A DNA stretch of 56,692 nt, from NCBI GenBank assembly GCA_938083015.1, contig CALKCX010000010.1, positions 1 to 56,692 on the forward strand. The letters are read 5' to 3'. The position numbers and the translations under genes were made by a program. The notes under the pieces are model-generated. The model was not told where the DNA came from. It was given only the letters and a program-made list of their open reading frames with translations, and ran no database searches. Each line of letters begins with the position of its first letter. Positions within the stretch are counted from its first letter, which is position 1. Source of the stretch: an uncultured Candidatus Micrarchaeota archaeon (GTDB taxonomy: Archaea > Micrarchaeota > Micrarchaeia > Anstonellales > J096). Shown one piece after another: positions 54,031-56,692 of the stretch.

Positions 54031-56692
54031 ATAAGAAATAATCACCTCCTCCTAATAAAGATATAGATCGAATAGAAACTATGGCGACTATGAGATTGAT
54101 TAAATAGTATGCTATGTTAATGACATTCATAAATGCTAAATGTATCATCATATTATAACTTAATAAAATATCAAAGGCCTCTATCATTTGATTCGTTCCA
54201 CCAGTACCTACATTATTCATATTCGAAGTCTCAAGACTCCATATAACGGCTATTATCATTTTAATTATTCCATAGGCGATATCTGCGAATACATAGAATA
54301 AAGCTGCTGCTATTGGATATGTAATACCTATTATTTTAGATATTTGTAAGAATATCCAAGAACCGAATTTAAGAAATAGCCATCCAAATTGTAATCTATT
54401 TGCCCATATTGCTATTTCATCTAAATTATTCAATGCCGCAGCTACCTGATTATATATTTCACCTATCTTAGATTCTGCTATTATCAAATTTTGTTCTATA
54501 CCTTGAATAGTATTCAACATTATATTAACGATTATAACAGTAGTTACATTATATAAGAATGGCAATATGAATATCAATGTTATAGCTATACCTAATAGCG
54601 TAGATCCTATTCTCTTAGTAAAAGGTAATATACGTGCTATTAAAGCTAGATATAATAGAAAACCATAAGAATAAGATATTAAAAATTCGACTAGTTTAGT
54701 GTAATAATTTAGATTAAATACTATAGATTGGAATAATCTTACCAGACCTTGTGCATTATTAGCGTATTCATATATCTTTTTATTGAAGTTCTCTCTTTTA
54801 TTTAGTTCTACTACCCATATACTTATAGACCATTCCATAGGACTTATAGATGATAATATAGATGACATTGCGTATATTTTAGCTGCAGTTAAAGTAAGGT
54901 TGTTTAATTTATTCGATAATGCTGAAATGTTGTTTTTAGCTGTTACAAGCATATTTTCTGTCATTCCACAATAGAATGCATTCGAAGCAAATATAATAAG
55001 GAAGAATACAAATAATGTAACTAAATAAGATCTAAATTCTACCTTTGCACCCAATAGTATCTCTTGATTATTAAACAAATTCCCGAACATATATCCTAAT
55101 GCTATTAACAATATACCTATAACAGCTACTGTAACAAAAATATAAAGCATTCTTTGATTGCCATTTGTACCACATTGAAATGTAAATGGGGGCAATTCAA
55201 CATTTTCTTTCTTTCTAAAATCTACCCAATAAGATTCGGCAATATTGTTATTATTATCGCGACATCTAACCATCCATCGATAGTTACCATCATTACCTAA
55301 ATTGACATTTACACCTATATTGCCTGCCGAACCACTGTAAGTTTGACTAACATTATACCCACCTGGACCTTCTAAGATAAATTCACAAAAAACATTATTA
55401 GAACTTTCATCTACATAAGCTATTAGCTGAACATTATTACTATTAACATTTGTTCCAATAGGTGATTTAGGTGTTATCCTTGGGGGCACTCCATCTTGAT
55501 ATCTAAATCTAACTCCAGTAGAATTCTGATTTCCAGCTAGATCTACACAGGTAACATTAAAAGTATAATCTCCGTTATTAACAATATTTACACTTCTTCT
55601 TATAATACTATTCGGAGATGTTTCTGTATTATCAGAATATAAATTAGCTACAATTAAATTGCACGTAAGCTTATTAGGTGATGGTATTAGATCGAATACT
55701 CTTACTTGAAGATCAATAGGAGATGCGTATGTCAAAGATCCTTCATCAGGGTATATTATTGATATCTCTGGTGGAGTAAAATCAACGATAAACACTCTAG
55801 ATTGTGAAGTTCCTGTATTTCTTGGCCCCCTATCTGTACATTGTACAACAATATTGTATAAACCTTCACTTAGATTTGTATATATTCTCTCAATTCTAGA
55901 ATTGTTTCTAACATCATTTATAGTTTCTATAACAAGACCAGTAGCAGTATTGTTTATAATACAATCTAACATATCCACAGGACTATCGTTAACTTCAAAT
56001 GTTATATTTACTGGTTTGATTGTCGTATTATTAGTAGCGAATATAGGTAAAGCTGGTGGCGATAATATATTTATTGTAGCTGTCTGCTCAGTATATCTTC
56101 TTATATCTCGCGTTTCTGTACTATTACGTTTAGTACCTGTAAAAGATGTATTTCTGGTTGTATCCTTACATTCTATAGTAACTCGATGATGGCCCCAAGG
56201 CAATCCTGATATTGTATTGTTAGCACAACCTTGATTACCTGGAAAATGATTTTCTATAAACTTTATATTGTTAATCCGTATTGCACATAATATATCATTA
56301 TTATCGTCATTTACACAATATCTTATATTTATAGAATCATTATAAAAAGGAGAACTAGGTTCTATTACAAGATTTCTTATTTGCGGATTTTCAAAATCAA
56401 AAAGTAAAGGATTAGATCTAATGGATTCGTTGTTTGTGCAGTTTAATTCAGCGTACCCATATCCGGGATCTAAGCCTGAAGGACGTATAGAAATTGAACA
56501 TGAATAAGTTGCCGAGCTATTATTATTGCCATAATCAACACACTGTCCCACCCAAGAACAGCTACCAGGAAAAGATTTTATAGAAACACCGTCTTTTACA
56601 TAGAGTGTGCAAGATAAAGGATCTGGAGGTTGAATGGCATTACAATTTGGTGGCCCATACATACGTTCATTAAAAACGTGCGTAAATTCTCG
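54008..56692 (-). CDS. CedA/VirB6-like membrane protein, paralog 1, with N-terminal Ig-like repeats (probably 5'-truncated by window)
   Basis: Frame stays open above ATG 56662 to the window end (REFTHVFNER-MYG) and there is no signal peptide at that ATG. Ig-like units (DFTPPEISIIYP..GDYTFNVTCVDLAGN), then MFGNLFNNQEILLGAKVEF hairpin and LIARILPFTKRIGSTLLGIAITLIFILP. Confidence 0.8.
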   Translation of the reverse strand, partial: REFTHVFNERMYGPPNCNAIQPPDPLSCTLYVKDGVSIKSFPGSCSWVGQCVDYGNNNSSATYSCSISIRPSGLDPGYGYAELNCTNNESIRSNPLLFDFENPQIRNLVIEPSSPFYNDSINIRYCVNDDNNDILCAIRINNIKFIENHFPGNQGCANNTISGLPWGHHRVTIECKDTTRNTSFTGTKRNSTETRDIRRYTEQTATINILSPPALPIFATNNTTIKPVNITFEVNDSPVDMLDCIINNTATGLVIETINDVRNNSRIERIYTNLSEGLYNIVVQCTDRGPRNTGTSQSRVFIVDFTPPEISIIYPDEGSLTYASPIDLQVRVFDLIPSPNKLTCNLIVANLYSDNTETSPNSIIRRSVNIVNNGDYTFNVTCVDLAGNQNSTGVRFRYQDGVPPRITPKSPIGTNVNSNNVQLIAYVDESSNNVFCEFILEGPGGYNVSQTYSGSAGNIGVNVNLGNDGNYRWMVRCRDNNNNIAESYWVDFRKKENVELPPFTFQCGTNGNQRMLYIFVTVAVIGILLIALGYMFGNLFNNQEILLGAKVEFRSYLVTLFVFFLIIFASNAFYCGMTENMLVTAKNNISALSNKLNNLTLTAAKIYAMSSILSSISPMEWSISIWVVELNKRENFNKKIYEYANNAQGLVRLFQSIVFNLNYYTKLVEFLISYSYGFLLYLALIARILPFTKRIGSTLLGIAITLIFILPFLYNVTTVIIVNIMLNTIQGIEQNLIIAESKIGEIYNQVAAALNNLDEIAIWANRLQFGWLFLKFGSWIFLQISKIIGITYPIAAALFYVFADIAYGIIKMIIAVIWSLETSNMNNVGTGGTNQMIEAFDILLSYNMMIHLAFMNVINIAYYLINLIVAIVSIRSISLLGGGDYFLYGIEERI

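Noticed and set aside
4575-56189. Many short antisense or alternate-frame ORFs in the track (e.g. 4575-4757, 7064-7333, 11533-11784, 21788-22156, 33393-33710, 37478-37801, 52679-53074, 55854-56189)
   Set aside because: They lie wholly within or opposite well-supported genes, have S/F/I/L-rich shadow composition, and lack motifs or promoter/SD support.
1-56692. CRISPR array, rRNA, IS/integrase or prophage
   Set aside because: No regularly spaced repeats, no GC-rich structured RNA other than the tRNA, no transposase, integrase or capsid-like ORFs, and almost no intergenic space. The tRNA is not flanked by an att-like duplication that I could see.

Overview
Very AT-rich (roughly 25-30% GC by eye), nearly gap-free archaeal chromosome segment. 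The gene set (aIF6/L31e/L39e, class I LysRS, Top6A, AglB, HARP, archaeal HMG-CoA synthase, intron-containing tRNA-Trp) and the streamlining point to a small-genome DPANN-type archaeon; Micrarchaeota-like is my inference. The middle (4.2-43 kb) is mostly housekeeping: Suf/Fe-S, 2-oxoacid:ferredoxin oxidoreductase, tRNA and translation, repair. Both ends carry cell-surface machinery. At the left is a >=1382-aa secreted beta-helix plus Cys-rich Ig-like repeat protein that the ORF track misses because it runs off the window. At the right is a >13.6-kb translationally coupled minus-strand operon of six divergent paralogous membrane proteins followed by a 1363-aa Cys-rich lipoprotein. The six share an N-terminal TM hairpin and a G-x-x-[LI]-R...G-x-x-[LM]...P helical motif; I read them as CedA/VirB6-like. 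This operon is the best candidate for an undescribed host-contact, secretion or DNA-transfer system. Other oddities: a circularly permuted DsbA-like protein sitting where sufC is expected, a multi-TM double-AAA ATPase with two nucleotide-identical blocks shared between D1 and D2, a TPR-AAA fusion, a 13-nt tRNA-Trp intron, and divergent leaderless gene pairs sharing one palindromic TTTAAA box. No CRISPR array, rRNA or mobile element was seen. All family calls come from motif recognition, not database searches.
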